Shown here: piece after piece, positions 39,948 to 50,338 of the stretch | Layout: each line of letters starts with the position of its first letter | Position numbering within the stretch: position 1 is the stretch's first letter | The notes under the pieces: model-generated | Databases searched by the model: none | Seen by the model: only the letters and a program-made list of their open reading frames with translations | Told to the model about the DNA's origin: nothing | Program-made: the position numbers and the translations under genes | Assembly (NCBI GenBank): GCA_041661385.1 | Contig: JBAZUP010000001.1 | Span: forward strand, 576,907-640,906 | Origin: Patescibacteria group bacterium | Lineage (GTDB): Bacteria > Patescibacteriota > Patescibacteriia > Magasanikbacterales > GWA2-37-8 | Reading direction: 5' to 3' | Length of the DNA: 64,000 bases

Positions 39948-41372
39948 TTATTTTGCTTTTATGTAAGTCTGATTTACTTTTGAGGCGGCGCGATGCAATA
40001 TTTCTTCTCGTGTTTTTGCCAAATCTTTATCATCAGGAACAGGCTGAAGCCACTCTGTGAACATTGTTTGTATCGCCTTATCGGCAGCTTCAAAATCTCT
40101 TCCTTGATACCAGTTCTCTGCCGTTAACACCTGCGAAACAAAAGGAGCAAGATCGGGATTTTGTTTTTGTTCAGCTAAATAAATACGCAAAGCAGTCGGA
40201 CGTTTTGTCAGTTCTAAATATTGTTTTGCGGCCGGTGAATGAGCAATAAAATCAATAAAACCCCACGCTTCATTTGAATGTTTAGATTTGGCTGTTACCG
40301 TTTGCAACCAATAATTTGCAGTATTAACAGCGGCACCTTCGGAAAGCTGGAGCATCGGAATAACTGAAAAATTTAGCTGTGGCGCACGGCTTTTAATAAT
40401 CGGAAACTCATAACTATACCCGAAGAAAAATGCCGTTTGTCCATTTACAAAACTATCAAGCGCGTTCGGCATTGAATCATTCCAAGTGTAAGTATCACGA
40501 AGCGGATTAGCAAAATCGGTATAAAAATTCATTATTTGGGTTGATGGCAATTCATCACCGGAAAAAGCCTGAGGCTTTGAATCAAAAACTGCAAAATTGT
40601 TCTGAACAAATGGTATTTTGCTTTGCGCGAATAATATGTACAACAAATCACTGCTCGCCGGAATATTTTTTCCGGTACCAAATGCCGCTCCGGCCTGTAA
40701 AATTTTTCCACTCGCCTTATCAAATTTAGTCAGTATTTTCACATCTGCTTGAAATTCTTCCCAAGTTTTTGGGGCCTCTGGAATTCCAGCCCGATCTAGT
40801 AAATCTTTGTTATAATAAATTCCCATGACATCTAGGGATAGTGGCAAGCCATAAATATTTTCTTTTACTTTGTCCTTTCTTATTGCATCTTTATAAACCG
40901 TCTGAACATATTCAGATTTAAGTTTAATAACATTAATCATTGCTTTCGGATTTGAAAACACATTTACGGTAGTACTAAAATTATTTTTTGTTTCAACCAG
41001 TGTCGTATCAGTTATTGTCGGTGGCATCGGTTGGAGCCGATCGATATATTTTCCAAGCGACCGCGCGTTTACAGAAATAATATCTGGCCCCTTATCATCC
41101 GCCAAGGCTTCAACAAAACGATTATAAATTTCATCGGACCGAAGCTGACGAACATTAATGGTGATAAATTTGCGATTGGCAGTATAAGCGCTAGCAAGGG
41201 CTTGAATTTTTTCAACATCATCAAATACCGTCCAATACTCCAAGACAAATGGCTTGGTGGCGGCCTGTTGCTGAAGAGAAAGCCCCTTACAACCAAAACC
41301 AGTCAAGATTAAAAGCGAACCGGCGGCCGTGAGGCCAAGGATTTTAATGAATTTTTTAGAAAAATTTTTCAC
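39948..41372 (-). CDS. Extracellular solute-binding lipoprotein (ABC transporter SBP family 1-like)
   Basis: Lipobox LTGFGC and a periplasmic binding-protein fold of about 450 aa. Confidence 0.55.
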   Translation of the reverse strand: MKNFSKKFIKILGLTAAGSLLILTGFGCKGLSLQQQAATKPFVLEYWTVFDDVEKIQALASAYTANRKFITINVRQLRSDEIYNRFVEALADDKGPDIISVNARSLGKYIDRLQPMPPTITDTTLVETKNNFSTTVNVFSNPKAMINVIKLKSEYVQTVYKDAIRKDKVKENIYGLPLSLDVMGIYYNKDLLDRAGIPEAPKTWEEFQADVKILTKFDKASGKILQAGAAFGTGKNIPASSDLLYILFAQSKIPFVQNNFAVFDSKPQAFSGDELPSTQIMNFYTDFANPLRDTYTWNDSMPNALDSFVNGQTAFFFGYSYEFPIIKSRAPQLNFSVIPMLQLSEGAAVNTANYWLQTVTAKSKHSNEAWGFIDFIAHSPAAKQYLELTKRPTALRIYLAEQKQNPDLAPFVSQVLTAENWYQGRDFEAADKAIQTMFTEWLQPVPDDKDLAKTREEILHRAASKVNQTYIKAK

Positions 41373-41378
41373 AATTTT

Positions 41379-42299
41379 CTAAATTACGCTTTTTAAAAAT
41401 TTTCTAAACTCAGCAGAAAGATTTTTATCACGCAGTGCGAAATCTACATTTGCTTTCAAATACCCAAGTTTGGAGCCGGTATCATAATAAACACCCTCTA
41501 CTTTACGCGCGTAAACATTTCTTTTTTGTAAAAGTTTAAAAATCGCATCAACCAGCCATAATTCGCCGCCTTTTCCTAATTTGGTTGTTTCAAGCGCTTC
41601 AAAAATATCCGGAGTTAACACATACCCGCCAAGACTCGCGAGGCGTGACGGAGCTTTTTCCGGACCCGGCTTTTCAACAATCCCCTTAACTTTCAAAACT
41701 CCATCTTCAACTTCTTTCCCATCAATAATACCATATTTACCGGTTCCTTCATCATTTACTTCGTACGCAGTTAAAACCGGATCACCGTACTTTTCAAAAG
41801 TTTCGATCAGTTGCGCCAATTGCGGTTTTTTGGGAGTGTAAAAAAATTCATCGCCCCACATCACCGCGAAAGGTTCATCTCCCACGATATCTTTGGCGCA
41901 CAATACCGGGGTTCCATTACCGTACGGACCTCGCTGACGGATAAAAATAAAATTCGCGAGATCGGCAATTTTCTTTACCTCTTCGGCCATTTCTTCCTTT
42001 CCTTGTTTTTTAAGTAAATTTACTAATTCGTAATTTGGACTAAAATGATCTTCCACGGCGCGCTTGCTGGGACCCGTTACCAAAATAATATCGGTTATTC
42101 CCGACCGCACCGCGTCTTCTACTACATATTGAATAATAGGTTTATCTACTACCGGCAGCATTTCTTTGGGCTGGGCTTTGGTGGCGGGTAAAAAACGAGT
42201 TCCAAGGCCGGCAACTGGAATTACTAACTTCTTAACTTTCGACATATTTTTCAGGGTCTTAACTCCTTTTACTTTGCTTTCAGTATAACAAATTACCAA
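41379..42299 (-). CDS. galU: UTP--glucose-1-phosphate uridylyltransferase
   Basis: VIPVAGLGTRFLPATKAQPKEMLPVVDKP signature. Confidence 0.85.
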   Translation of the reverse strand: MVICYTESKVKGVKTLKNMSKVKKLVIPVAGLGTRFLPATKAQPKEMLPVVDKPIIQYVVEDAVRSGITDIILVTGPSKRAVEDHFSPNYELVNLLKKQGKEEMAEEVKKIADLANFIFIRQRGPYGNGTPVLCAKDIVGDEPFAVMWGDEFFYTPKKPQLAQLIETFEKYGDPVLTAYEVNDEGTGKYGIIDGKEVEDGVLKVKGIVEKPGPEKAPSRLASLGGYVLTPDIFEALETTKLGKGGELWLVDAIFKLLQKRNVYARKVEGVYYDTGSKLGYLKANVDFALRDKNLSAEFRKFLKSVI

Positions 42300-42317
42300 G
42301 ACTATTTCAATTTAAAA

Positions 42318-45300
42318 CTACAAAACCGGACCGTTCAGCTTACAATCAACAGTACAAGATTCTCCGGGCTGTCCATTTCTTGCAGAGCCCAGATCACACT
42401 CTTCGGTCGGCGCTACGAGTCCGTCTCCGCAAACCGATACGCAATGGGTTGTTGCTTTTACAAAGCCATTCAAAGTAAGTTTGAAATTTGATTGAGTAGT
42501 ATGGCGTTCCGCGTGATAAAACGCGATTTCATAAGCGCCGTTCACAGTCAAACCAAGAGTTGTTGCCATTGCGGCATTCAGGGTTACACTTCCATTTACG
42601 CGCGGGTGTAAACCACCGATATCTAATGCAAGCTTTCCATTGATAAAGACCCATACATCATCATCGCCTGAAAAACTTAAAACCTCACCACCCTTATATG
42701 TAAACCAATAATGAATTTCTGTCGTGAAAGCGAAGTTGTGATTTAAGCCACCGCCTACTGGCGACATACCCCAAGAAGCAGGGGTTGGAATTGGATCTAA
42801 AGGAAAGAAGCCAAGTTGGGTAGTATTTGTTGTATTGCCAAGCGGAGTCAAACTACTGTCATATTCATATGTTACCGGGCTACTGTTAATCAAATTTAGG
42901 GTTATTGAATCATTAATAGTTTTATTTACACCCGGGGTATCAACATACCACTGCGCAAATTGTGAAGCTCCAGTTAACTGGGTTCCACAACCGTTGGATG
43001 GGTTCGCTGTAGAGCGTAAAAATACCGGATTACCACTTACAAGCTGATTTTGAATCAACCCGAGTGACGCCTGGCCGCAACCATAACTTTCAAAATCTGC
43101 ATGACCACCAGTTTCCCCGGCACCCTTAAAATCACGTAAAGTCATCGGTACGTTTAAAGTGCTCGGTGGAGTTTCTGTTATGTTTGTACAAGTTATACCG
43201 GTAATAGTTTCCGAAGTACAAGTTGCCGAACAACCGTCATTTGAAATTAAATTTCCGTCGTCACACTGTTCACCGGGTTCAATAATTCCATCGCCACAAA
43301 TCGCAATACAGGTACCACTGGTACAATTTGGACCACCACCACCCGACGAAGAAATTGTGACATTGGTGGCCCCGGTTACCGATCCAGAAACAGCTGATAC
43401 AACTGCGGTGCCCACCGACCCTGGCGGGGTATAAAGTCCAGCGGCAGAAATTGTGCCGTTAGTACTTGACCAAGTAAAGACTGGTGGCGGAACCATGCCA
43501 TTCCCAAATTGATCAGTTGAAGTTGCGGTGAATTGCTGAGGTGAACCACCCGCAACAACCGTAGGCGAAATCGGCATCACATCGATCACCGACAAAATCC
43601 GATCAACTGTTATTGATACAGCTGGTGAAGTTACGGTATTTCCGCTTTGATCCCGAATTACTACCTGGAATTGATAGGAACCGGCCGCATAAAAAGTAAC
43701 TCCATTATTTTTTGCCGCGTTGGTATTGTTGGTAACACTAAAAGTTGGATCGGGCGCCCCACTAGGTTTAGAAGTGATATTCCATGTATAGGTGAGACTT
43801 GTTTCGCCGCCGTCATCAGCTCCTAAAACTGAAAGGGTACTCGTTGTTTTTGTTACCGTCGAAGGATTTGCAGCTGCCGGAGTCGCGATAGTTGGCGCTT
43901 GAGAGCCTGGTCCGGCACTTTTAATTTCTACTCCGGCCATATTATAACCACCGGTAGCCGGCGCAGTTCTTGAAAAAACTACATTGCCTGAACTGGCAGT
44001 CGGACTTGTAATTTCTTGAACCCAAACTTGCTCGCTATTGCCGGTATTCCAATTATCAAGAAGTGTTTGAGTAAAAGTTGTAGCACTGCCGTTATAATTA
44101 ATATCCCAACCAGCGGCAAAAACTAATGACTTGGCGCTCGACGCGTTAATCGTCAAAGAAGCTGTTGAACCACTTGAGCCGTTAGACCTGTTAAACGTAC
44201 CCTGGGTTGTTGCGGCACCATCTAAAATCATAATTTTCAGAAAATCACGAGTCGCAGATGTAGAAAGTCGCGTTCGCACATTAGTCAAATTAGCACTTGG
44301 CACACCTTTATAAATAGCCACCGAACTCCCGCTCTGAACATTTGCAACCGAGCCAATTCTGGTCCATGTCAGTGTTCCGCCGCTTATTGTTGTATTGCTA
44401 AGACTAATACTTGCTGAGGTTCTGCTGGCGCCTATAAAAGCTAATACCAACTGATTGGCATTAACACTATAAACATCACTGGTCGGATTATCGCCAGTTA
44501 CTTTGGTTAAAGTTGTCGCAACAGTTGGTGCGGTCGCCGCGGCAGTAACTGACACCGTGACAGTTCCAGTAATACCACCCGAAGTAGCGCTAACTATTTT
44601 TGTTCCGATATCATTTGGCGTATAAAGACCGCCGGAAGTAATTGAACCTAAGTCCGCAGACCAGCTATAAGTAATGGGCGATGTTATCGGCTGGCCAAAC
44701 TGATCCATGGCTGTTGCGGCAAATTGTTGCGTTAAATCGACTCCCATTGTTACTGGAGACGGCGATACTGTCACTCCCGTTAAAGTCTGATTAACTGTTA
44801 CCGATAGTACTGGTGAAACAACTGAAAGCGAGTTTGCATCAGTGATTGTAACTTGAAATTGATAAGTCCCGGCCATTGAATATGTGACTGTAGTATTTTT
44901 TGCGGCATTAGAATTATTGAGATTAAAAACTGGATCAGCTGCTCCGCCGGGTTTTGAAATAATACTCCAGGTATATCGAAGATTCGCTTCACCGCCATCA
45001 TCATGTCCCAAAACTGAAAGAGCGCCCGTGGTACCACTTACAGACGCAGGAGTTGATATTGGCAATGAAGCAATCGTTGGTAAGGCGTTACCGTTACTGG
45101 TAATTGTAACAGACGCGAGAGCTATTACGCCGCCACTCACCGCGAGTACCGTTGCCGAACCGGCGGAATCTGGCGCGGTATAAAGCCCATTGGCGGAAAT
45201 TTTTCCATTTACGTCTCCACCGAGTACGCTCCAAACGATATTTTTTATGGTCGCATTCGCCGGCAATGCCGTTGCCGTAAATTGCTGAGAAGTATTCGCC

Positions 45301-46667
45301 GGAATTGTCGCGCTAGCCGGAGTAATATCAATACTTAAAACCGGAACAAAATCATCCGTTGTGCTAGTTGAACGAACTTCCTCCCAGCTAATTAAATTAT
45401 ATGATGACCCGACTGGAAAACCGGCCGGCGGACGGTAGGTAAGATTAGCATCGTAAAAATAATTAGTATTCTCAAAACCAGAACACACTGAACCACATCC
45501 TAAATATTTCATTCCACCGGCATAACTACCCACTCTTGATCCGTAAAAATTTTGAGTACTAATAATATTTTTTGTGCTGGCACCGACCTCTAAATATTTT
45601 GGTCTAAATATTGAACCGTTTACCGTAACCATCGCGGCATTAACTTCCATCGGATCAGGAATGTTGTAAGGAAAAACTATATTCTGATTAGTCATAAGAC
45701 CAATCACATTAGTTCCATCTTTGGCCAAATATACTAAGTTCCCATTTACAATCATGTCGTTATTAATTGTCGCAACCGTCGCCCGACCCTTCACCACGCC
45801 ATTTACCCAAACTGTGTCATCAACAAAAATATAACTACTGGTTGGAATTTGATAATTTGTTACTGGACCAAAATCTACCGCATCATAACAGGCATCGGAA
45901 TAACAAGTCGGCGCAGAAATAACTTTTGATACATCAACCGTACCATCATTTTTAAATGATAATTGATAACCATAAGCTCCGGAAGCCGGCAGATATGGCC
46001 AAACCAATCCGTTTGCCTGAGATTTAGTTTTTATTTCCTCCAATTTTACCTGCACACTAGCCAAATCTTTTACTGGCACTGGGTATAGCCAATAACTTCT
46101 CGGACCACCCGTTCCGGAAATTTCTATCGCGCTTGAAAGCGGCGCGTCACTTACCCCATCAAAATATATTCTCCCATTAGAGTGAGTCTTGCCATGGATA
46201 TAAGCAGTTGAGGAAAAAATTATATCGCTATCTATCAAAAATGCGTAATCGGATATTGCCGGAAAACCCAGACGAATTTTTAACGTGCGCTTCGAGTCCG
46301 GCTGACTTGCGAGCCAGCCAGTTGAATACATTGTTACAATTGTCGAACCTCCTTCTGGCGGAACAATTGTTAAGGTGTAATAACCAATTGTTTTACCTTC
46401 TTTATTTTTATATTCATGCGTATATGGCCCGGGCACCCCAGTTCCGTCCTGATAATCCTCTTTGTTGTGCGCAAGATGCCAACGATAATAAGCAATTCCT
46501 GACTCAGCAATTTGCAAAGCTTGCTCACGATTTTTCTTATATATCGAAGCGCGATTTTCAGAAACCGCATAAGAAATTAACCCAAGAATCGCAAAAAGAC
46601 TTGCTCCTCCGAGCACAATGACAATAATTAGAACGTTTCCTTTAATACCTAATTTTGATTTAAACAT
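42318..46667 (-). CDS. Giant cell-surface protein (1449 aa): N-terminal TM anchor, Ig-like repeats, Myxococcus-type Cys-rich repeats, C-terminal fibro-slime domain
   Basis: CGDGIIEPGEQCDDGNLISNDGCSATC and CGDGLVAPTEECDLG match the myxo Cys-repeat pattern. GDDDVWVFINGKLALDIGGLH matches the fibro-slime/PA14-like motif. Shares Ig-like repeats (TSTLSVLGADDGGE..LTYTW) with the 17471-22024 protein. Confidence 0.65.
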   Translation of the reverse strand: MFKSKLGIKGNVLIIVIVLGGASLFAILGLISYAVSENRASIYKKNREQALQIAESGIAYYRWHLAHNKEDYQDGTGVPGPYTHEYKNKEGKTIGYYTLTIVPPEGGSTIVTMYSTGWLASQPDSKRTLKIRLGFPAISDYAFLIDSDIIFSSTAYIHGKTHSNGRIYFDGVSDAPLSSAIEISGTGGPRSYWLYPVPVKDLASVQVKLEEIKTKSQANGLVWPYLPASGAYGYQLSFKNDGTVDVSKVISAPTCYSDACYDAVDFGPVTNYQIPTSSYIFVDDTVWVNGVVKGRATVATINNDMIVNGNLVYLAKDGTNVIGLMTNQNIVFPYNIPDPMEVNAAMVTVNGSIFRPKYLEVGASTKNIISTQNFYGSRVGSYAGGMKYLGCGSVCSGFENTNYFYDANLTYRPPAGFPVGSSYNLISWEEVRSTSTTDDFVPVLSIDITPASATIPANTSQQFTATALPANATIKNIVWSVLGGDVNGKISANGLYTAPDSAGSATVLAVSGGVIALASVTITSNGNALPTIASLPISTPASVSGTTGALSVLGHDDGGEANLRYTWSIISKPGGAADPVFNLNNSNAAKNTTVTYSMAGTYQFQVTITDANSLSVVSPVLSVTVNQTLTGVTVSPSPVTMGVDLTQQFAATAMDQFGQPITSPITYSWSADLGSITSGGLYTPNDIGTKIVSATSGGITGTVTVSVTAAATAPTVATTLTKVTGDNPTSDVYSVNANQLVLAFIGASRTSASISLSNTTISGGTLTWTRIGSVANVQSGSSVAIYKGVPSANLTNVRTRLSTSATRDFLKIMILDGAATTQGTFNRSNGSSGSTASLTINASSAKSLVFAAGWDINYNGSATTFTQTLLDNWNTGNSEQVWVQEITSPTASSGNVVFSRTAPATGGYNMAGVEIKSAGPGSQAPTIATPAAANPSTVTKTTSTLSVLGADDGGETSLTYTWNITSKPSGAPDPTFSVTNNTNAAKNNGVTFYAAGSYQFQVVIRDQSGNTVTSPAVSITVDRILSVIDVMPISPTVVAGGSPQQFTATSTDQFGNGMVPPPVFTWSSTNGTISAAGLYTPPGSVGTAVVSAVSGSVTGATNVTISSSGGGGPNCTSGTCIAICGDGIIEPGEQCDDGNLISNDGCSATCTSETITGITCTNITETPPSTLNVPMTLRDFKGAGETGGHADFESYGCGQASLGLIQNQLVSGNPVFLRSTANPSNGCGTQLTGASQFAQWYVDTPGVNKTINDSITLNLINSSPVTYEYDSSLTPLGNTTNTTQLGFFPLDPIPTPASWGMSPVGGGLNHNFAFTTEIHYWFTYKGGEVLSFSGDDDVWVFINGKLALDIGGLHPRVNGSVTLNAAMATTLGLTVNGAYEIAFYHAERHTTQSNFKLTLNGFVKATTHCVSVCGDGLVAPTEECDLGSARNGQPGESCTVDCKLNGPVL

Positions 46668-46685
46668 ATTAATTTTTTATTACGT

Positions 46686-47291
46686 TCAATTATCCTTTAA
46701 ATTTCTAATAACCGCTTTCGATTCGGTCGTAAAAGAATTCGGTGAGTTTAACGGATTTTTATCAATCGTAACTTTAATGCCAACCATTTTTATATTACCA
46801 AGTTCAACCGGCTGAACAAGCGGACTTTCGCTTCCTGTGTAAGCCGCATCATAATAAGTAAATATTGTTGTAGTCGGAACTACGCTGTGTAACATTTCCG
46901 TTATTACTTCCGTGCCCACATCGTAAACTAACGGATTGCCGCTTGGTTCAATAGTACCTTTTTTTAATAATGTTCCATCTAAAAAATATCTGACCCGATC
47001 GCGGGTTGCTTTGGCACCAGGATTTGAAAAAAAGATTATTTCCGTACTGCTCGCTTCCGCGATTGGATATGAGCCGATGCTCGAATAAGTAGCCCCGCGA
47101 ATTTCATTTACAAAATCATCCAAAACCTTACGGGTCTCACTTTGAGTCGACAGCTGTTCGGTAATTACATCCCCTTTTCTTGGAAACATGAATATAAACA
47201 ACTCCACCGCTGCTCCGGAAATTAACGTAAAAATAGCGATTGAAACAACTATCTCAATTAAAGTAACTCCTTTGTAGTTTACTCGAACCAT
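46686..47291 (-). CDS. Type IV pilin / pseudopilin (prepilin N-terminal GVTLIEIVV)
   Basis: Class III signal: basic leader, G, VTLIE, then a hydrophobic helix. Confidence 0.7.
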   Translation of the reverse strand: MVRVNYKGVTLIEIVVSIAIFTLISGAAVELFIFMFPRKGDVITEQLSTQSETRKVLDDFVNEIRGATYSSIGSYPIAEASSTEIIFFSNPGAKATRDRVRYFLDGTLLKKGTIEPSGNPLVYDVGTEVITEMLHSVVPTTTIFTYYDAAYTGSESPLVQPVELGNIKMVGIKVTIDKNPLNSPNSFTTESKAVIRNLKDN

Positions 47292-47293
47292 AT

Positions 47294-49108
47294 TTATATA
47301 CTTCTATACAGAACCACTGTTGAACTTGATTGGCCGCTAACATCGACAGAGGAAGACGTCGTATCATAACCAACTGCCGAAACATCTAAGGTATAAGTTC
47401 CGGAAGATATTCCGCTATAAAATACCTGTCCGGGCGGGGTACAACCACTTGTAAAGGTCATAGCAAAATCGGAAAAAATCGGCGTAAAATTCTGATCAGC
47501 AGTGCTAAGAAAAACCTTATACCTAAAATATCGATAGGTTTGTCCGCCAGTATTAACGGTCGTAGTTACACTCGAATAATAAGTAGACGCTGTGCCGTCT
47601 GGACCGACAAAATTATTTATCGCCGGGTCAGTACTGCTGTTACTCATCGCTAATTGCAACAATATCGAATCGCTTCCGGTTTCGATCGGCTGAGATTCTG
47701 AAGTATATAAAACATTTAACAAATTAACTTTTTTACCAATATCAAAAATAGCGGATTCAAGATAACCGCCCCCTACATATTGACCCGCGAACTTAGCTAA
47801 AGAAATATTTCCGGGTGAAGTAAGAGTGTCAATCATTGAGTCGCCCGCATATATATTTGGAAATGATTCGGAATAATTTTCTGAACTAATCCCTCCTGAC
47901 CAATCAGTTTGTGACAAATTTCCATAATTTGTTTTTAAAGTTCCATTAAATCCGGCTTTACTCAATTTAACAGTCGCATCTGATAGCGGTAAATTATTAC
48001 TATTATCTAATACTTTTACTAAAAGTGAGTTTGAAACATGCGGCGACAAAACCAACGTTAAATCTTGGTGGCCGCCCGCAACAATTTCAATTGGCGTAAT
48101 TGGAATCGAGCCGGCCAAATCGTGGCCTCCTAAAACTGAAAAATTATATAAATCAAACTCCAAATCATTTACGTTCAAACTTCCATCCGCTCCGGTTTGT
48201 AAATTTTGCGAATATTTATACACTCCCGGTGTTCCAATTAATTTATTTCCATTCATTACAAAAGATGTGCTCCCGACCGGTTCACAAGATTCATTAATGG
48301 TATGAACGGTTAAAGAACTTAGTTGATCAATTGAAAAAAAAGTATCAGAAATTTGTTGAGTTGAAACCGTTATTGGCAGCTTGGTGGGGTTTGGATTAAG
48401 AGTACTTGTAGCGGAAGTATAATCGCTTGAAAAGCCTTGTTTATCCACAGTAATACTGTAAGCCATCGTACCAGTTGGAGTATCAATAACGCGCAAATAC
48501 CCATCTTTATCCGTGACATCATCAATAACGATATTCGGATCCGTCTTGGTGTTAACGAGGTGAACTTTAGCATCGGCCACCGGATTATTATGAGAATCAG
48601 TTACATAAATAAATATCGCGCCATTTACAGAATTACCTTCCAAATCTTTTGGTGGAATTATTGTGCTTACAGTTGCCTCAGTCGGGTGCTGGCAACTTAT
48701 GCAAGCAGCCGTAATTTCAACCAACTTATAGTCGGCCGGCGCGAGGTCGTTTGGAGTCCCGCCGAGCGTTCCGTCAAATGGATCATCAATACTTCTAACC
48801 ACGATAGTTACTAAAAATGGAATACCGTTTCGATAAGTTGTTGTAGTGTGAGGAAGCACGCCAACCGGCAATCCATTTATAATACCAACATTATTAAAAG
48901 AAAGATTGCGAGCAACCTCTAAATATTCATCAAGCAAGGCGGTTTCAATAATATTGATACGCGATTTATAAACCGCTTTTATTACCATTTGAAAGGCGCC
49001 ATAAACTCCAACTGCAAACAACGCAAAAACAGCGGTCGATACAATGACTTCAATTAGAGTAAAGCCTGCGCTCCCTTTTAAATTTTTCATGGCGGTATTA
49101 TACCACAA
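47294..49108 (-). CDS. Large type IV pilin-like protein (604 aa; prepilin N-terminal GFTLIEVIV)
   Basis: Class III signal peptide, then a large beta-rich globular region. Confidence 0.65.
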   Translation of the reverse strand: MWYNTAMKNLKGSAGFTLIEVIVSTAVFALFAVGVYGAFQMVIKAVYKSRINIIETALLDEYLEVARNLSFNNVGIINGLPVGVLPHTTTTYRNGIPFLVTIVVRSIDDPFDGTLGGTPNDLAPADYKLVEITAACISCQHPTEATVSTIIPPKDLEGNSVNGAIFIYVTDSHNNPVADAKVHLVNTKTDPNIVIDDVTDKDGYLRVIDTPTGTMAYSITVDKQGFSSDYTSATSTLNPNPTKLPITVSTQQISDTFFSIDQLSSLTVHTINESCEPVGSTSFVMNGNKLIGTPGVYKYSQNLQTGADGSLNVNDLEFDLYNFSVLGGHDLAGSIPITPIEIVAGGHQDLTLVLSPHVSNSLLVKVLDNSNNLPLSDATVKLSKAGFNGTLKTNYGNLSQTDWSGGISSENYSESFPNIYAGDSMIDTLTSPGNISLAKFAGQYVGGGYLESAIFDIGKKVNLLNVLYTSESQPIETGSDSILLQLAMSNSSTDPAINNFVGPDGTASTYYSSVTTTVNTGGQTYRYFRYKVFLSTADQNFTPIFSDFAMTFTSGCTPPGQVFYSGISSGTYTLDVSAVGYDTTSSSVDVSGQSSSTVVLYRSI

Positions 49109-49178
49109 ATTACTTTCCCCTTACACCTCGTGACCCTTGATTTAGGTTGTTTTTCGTGCTATCATGCTTGTACTTTTC

Positions 49179-49260
49179 GCCCGGGTGGTGAAATTGGTAG
49201 ACACAAGAGACTTAAAATCTCTCGCCGCAAGGCATACCGGTTCGATTCCGGTCCCGGGCA
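49179..49260 (+). tRNA. tRNA-Leu (anticodon TAA), long variable arm
   Basis: GCCCGGGTGGTGAAATTGGTAGACAC-AAGAGA-CTTAAAA-TCTCT...ACCGG-TTCGATT-CCGGT-CCCGGGC-A, followed by a perfect terminator hairpin at 49265-49300. Confidence 0.8.
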
Positions 49261-49300
49261 CATAATAAACACGGCCAGCATATGAAGCTGGCCGTGTTTA

Positions 49301-49450
49301 TTACATATTGGTCGGAATCGAACGGAAAGGGTTTGGGAAAACTGCTCGGCAGTTTACCCGCTATTGCCGGGGTGAGCCCACGAGAGGGCGGAAGTCATTT
49401 CGTGGGAGCGAGTGAAACGAGCGACGTTTGATTCCTCCCGGGCTAACTCA
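49301..49450 (+). repeat. tRNA-linked conserved element, copy C (diverged core plus partial duplicate of the tRNA-Leu T-loop and 3' end)
   Basis: 'gcccacgagagggcggaagtcatttcgtgggagcgagtgaaacgagcgacgtttgattcctcccgggc' parallels the cores and junctions of copies A and B. The T-loop GATTCC and acceptor strand CCCGGGC are repeated. Confidence 0.55.
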
Positions 49451-50269
49451 CTAAGTCTCAATTTCCAAAACGAGAGGTAAATGGTCGGAAATATTAAGGT
49501 TCGGCGCCTCAAAGCTTTTCACGGTTATTTCCGGTGAAACGAAGACAAAATCCGCATAATATTGTTTCACCCGATTCGGATATTGAGAGTGATTAAGAGC
49601 GCTTCTAGTGCTCTTAATTTTGTAATCTGTTATTAAATTTTTTAAACCTGACTCTTCAATAATTTTTACACTTTTTGTTCCCGGCATCAGATTAAAATCT
49701 CCTCCCAATATTTTCAACCCAGGTTGATTTTTTAAAACTTTACAGATATTTTTAGACTGACTAAGCCGGTCCTTAGTATCAAGTTTTTCTCCCGGATGGC
49801 TAATACCGTGGAAATTGTTCATCCAGATTTTTTTACCATTTATATTTACACAAAAAAATTGGATGATTCTTTCATATTCTTCCGGGTCGTCAGCGGCACC
49901 CTTATTTACATCCGCAACACCTGCTTTTTCTACCGTAATTCCTTTTTTTACAAAATAAGCGAGCCCCATCGGAAAAATTTTTCCGTCTTCTGTTTTTAAA
50001 TAGCTTGATCCGTCAAATTTTCCTTCAAAGCCAGGCAACATTGTTTTTAATTGTGAAAATGAATTCGAAGAACCTTCACCAACCAATTGTTCGAATTCTT
50101 TTCCTACTGGTCTTAAACCCTCGAGCCCGCCAAAACTTAAGTTGGCCTCCCCATCGGAAACCTCAGAAAAACAAAAAATATCCGTGCTAACCGAATTCTC
50201 GATTACGTATTCGCGGAAAAGTTTTTCTACCTTTCCAAACCAGGTATTTAGGTAAATTATTTTTAACAT
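49451..50269 (-). CDS. Endonuclease/exonuclease/phosphatase (EEP) family protein
   Basis: ILGGDFNLMP and SDHLPL motifs. Confidence 0.6.
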   Translation of the reverse strand: MLKIIYLNTWFGKVEKLFREYVIENSVSTDIFCFSEVSDGEANLSFGGLEGLRPVGKEFEQLVGEGSSNSFSQLKTMLPGFEGKFDGSSYLKTEDGKIFPMGLAYFVKKGITVEKAGVADVNKGAADDPEEYERIIQFFCVNINGKKIWMNNFHGISHPGEKLDTKDRLSQSKNICKVLKNQPGLKILGGDFNLMPGTKSVKIIEESGLKNLITDYKIKSTRSALNHSQYPNRVKQYYADFVFVSPEITVKSFEAPNLNISDHLPLVLEIET

Positions 50270-50338
50270 AAATTTTTACACCTGGACTAGTATATAGAAT
50301 ATTGAGAAAAATATCAAAACCTGCTAGAATCCCCGCAT

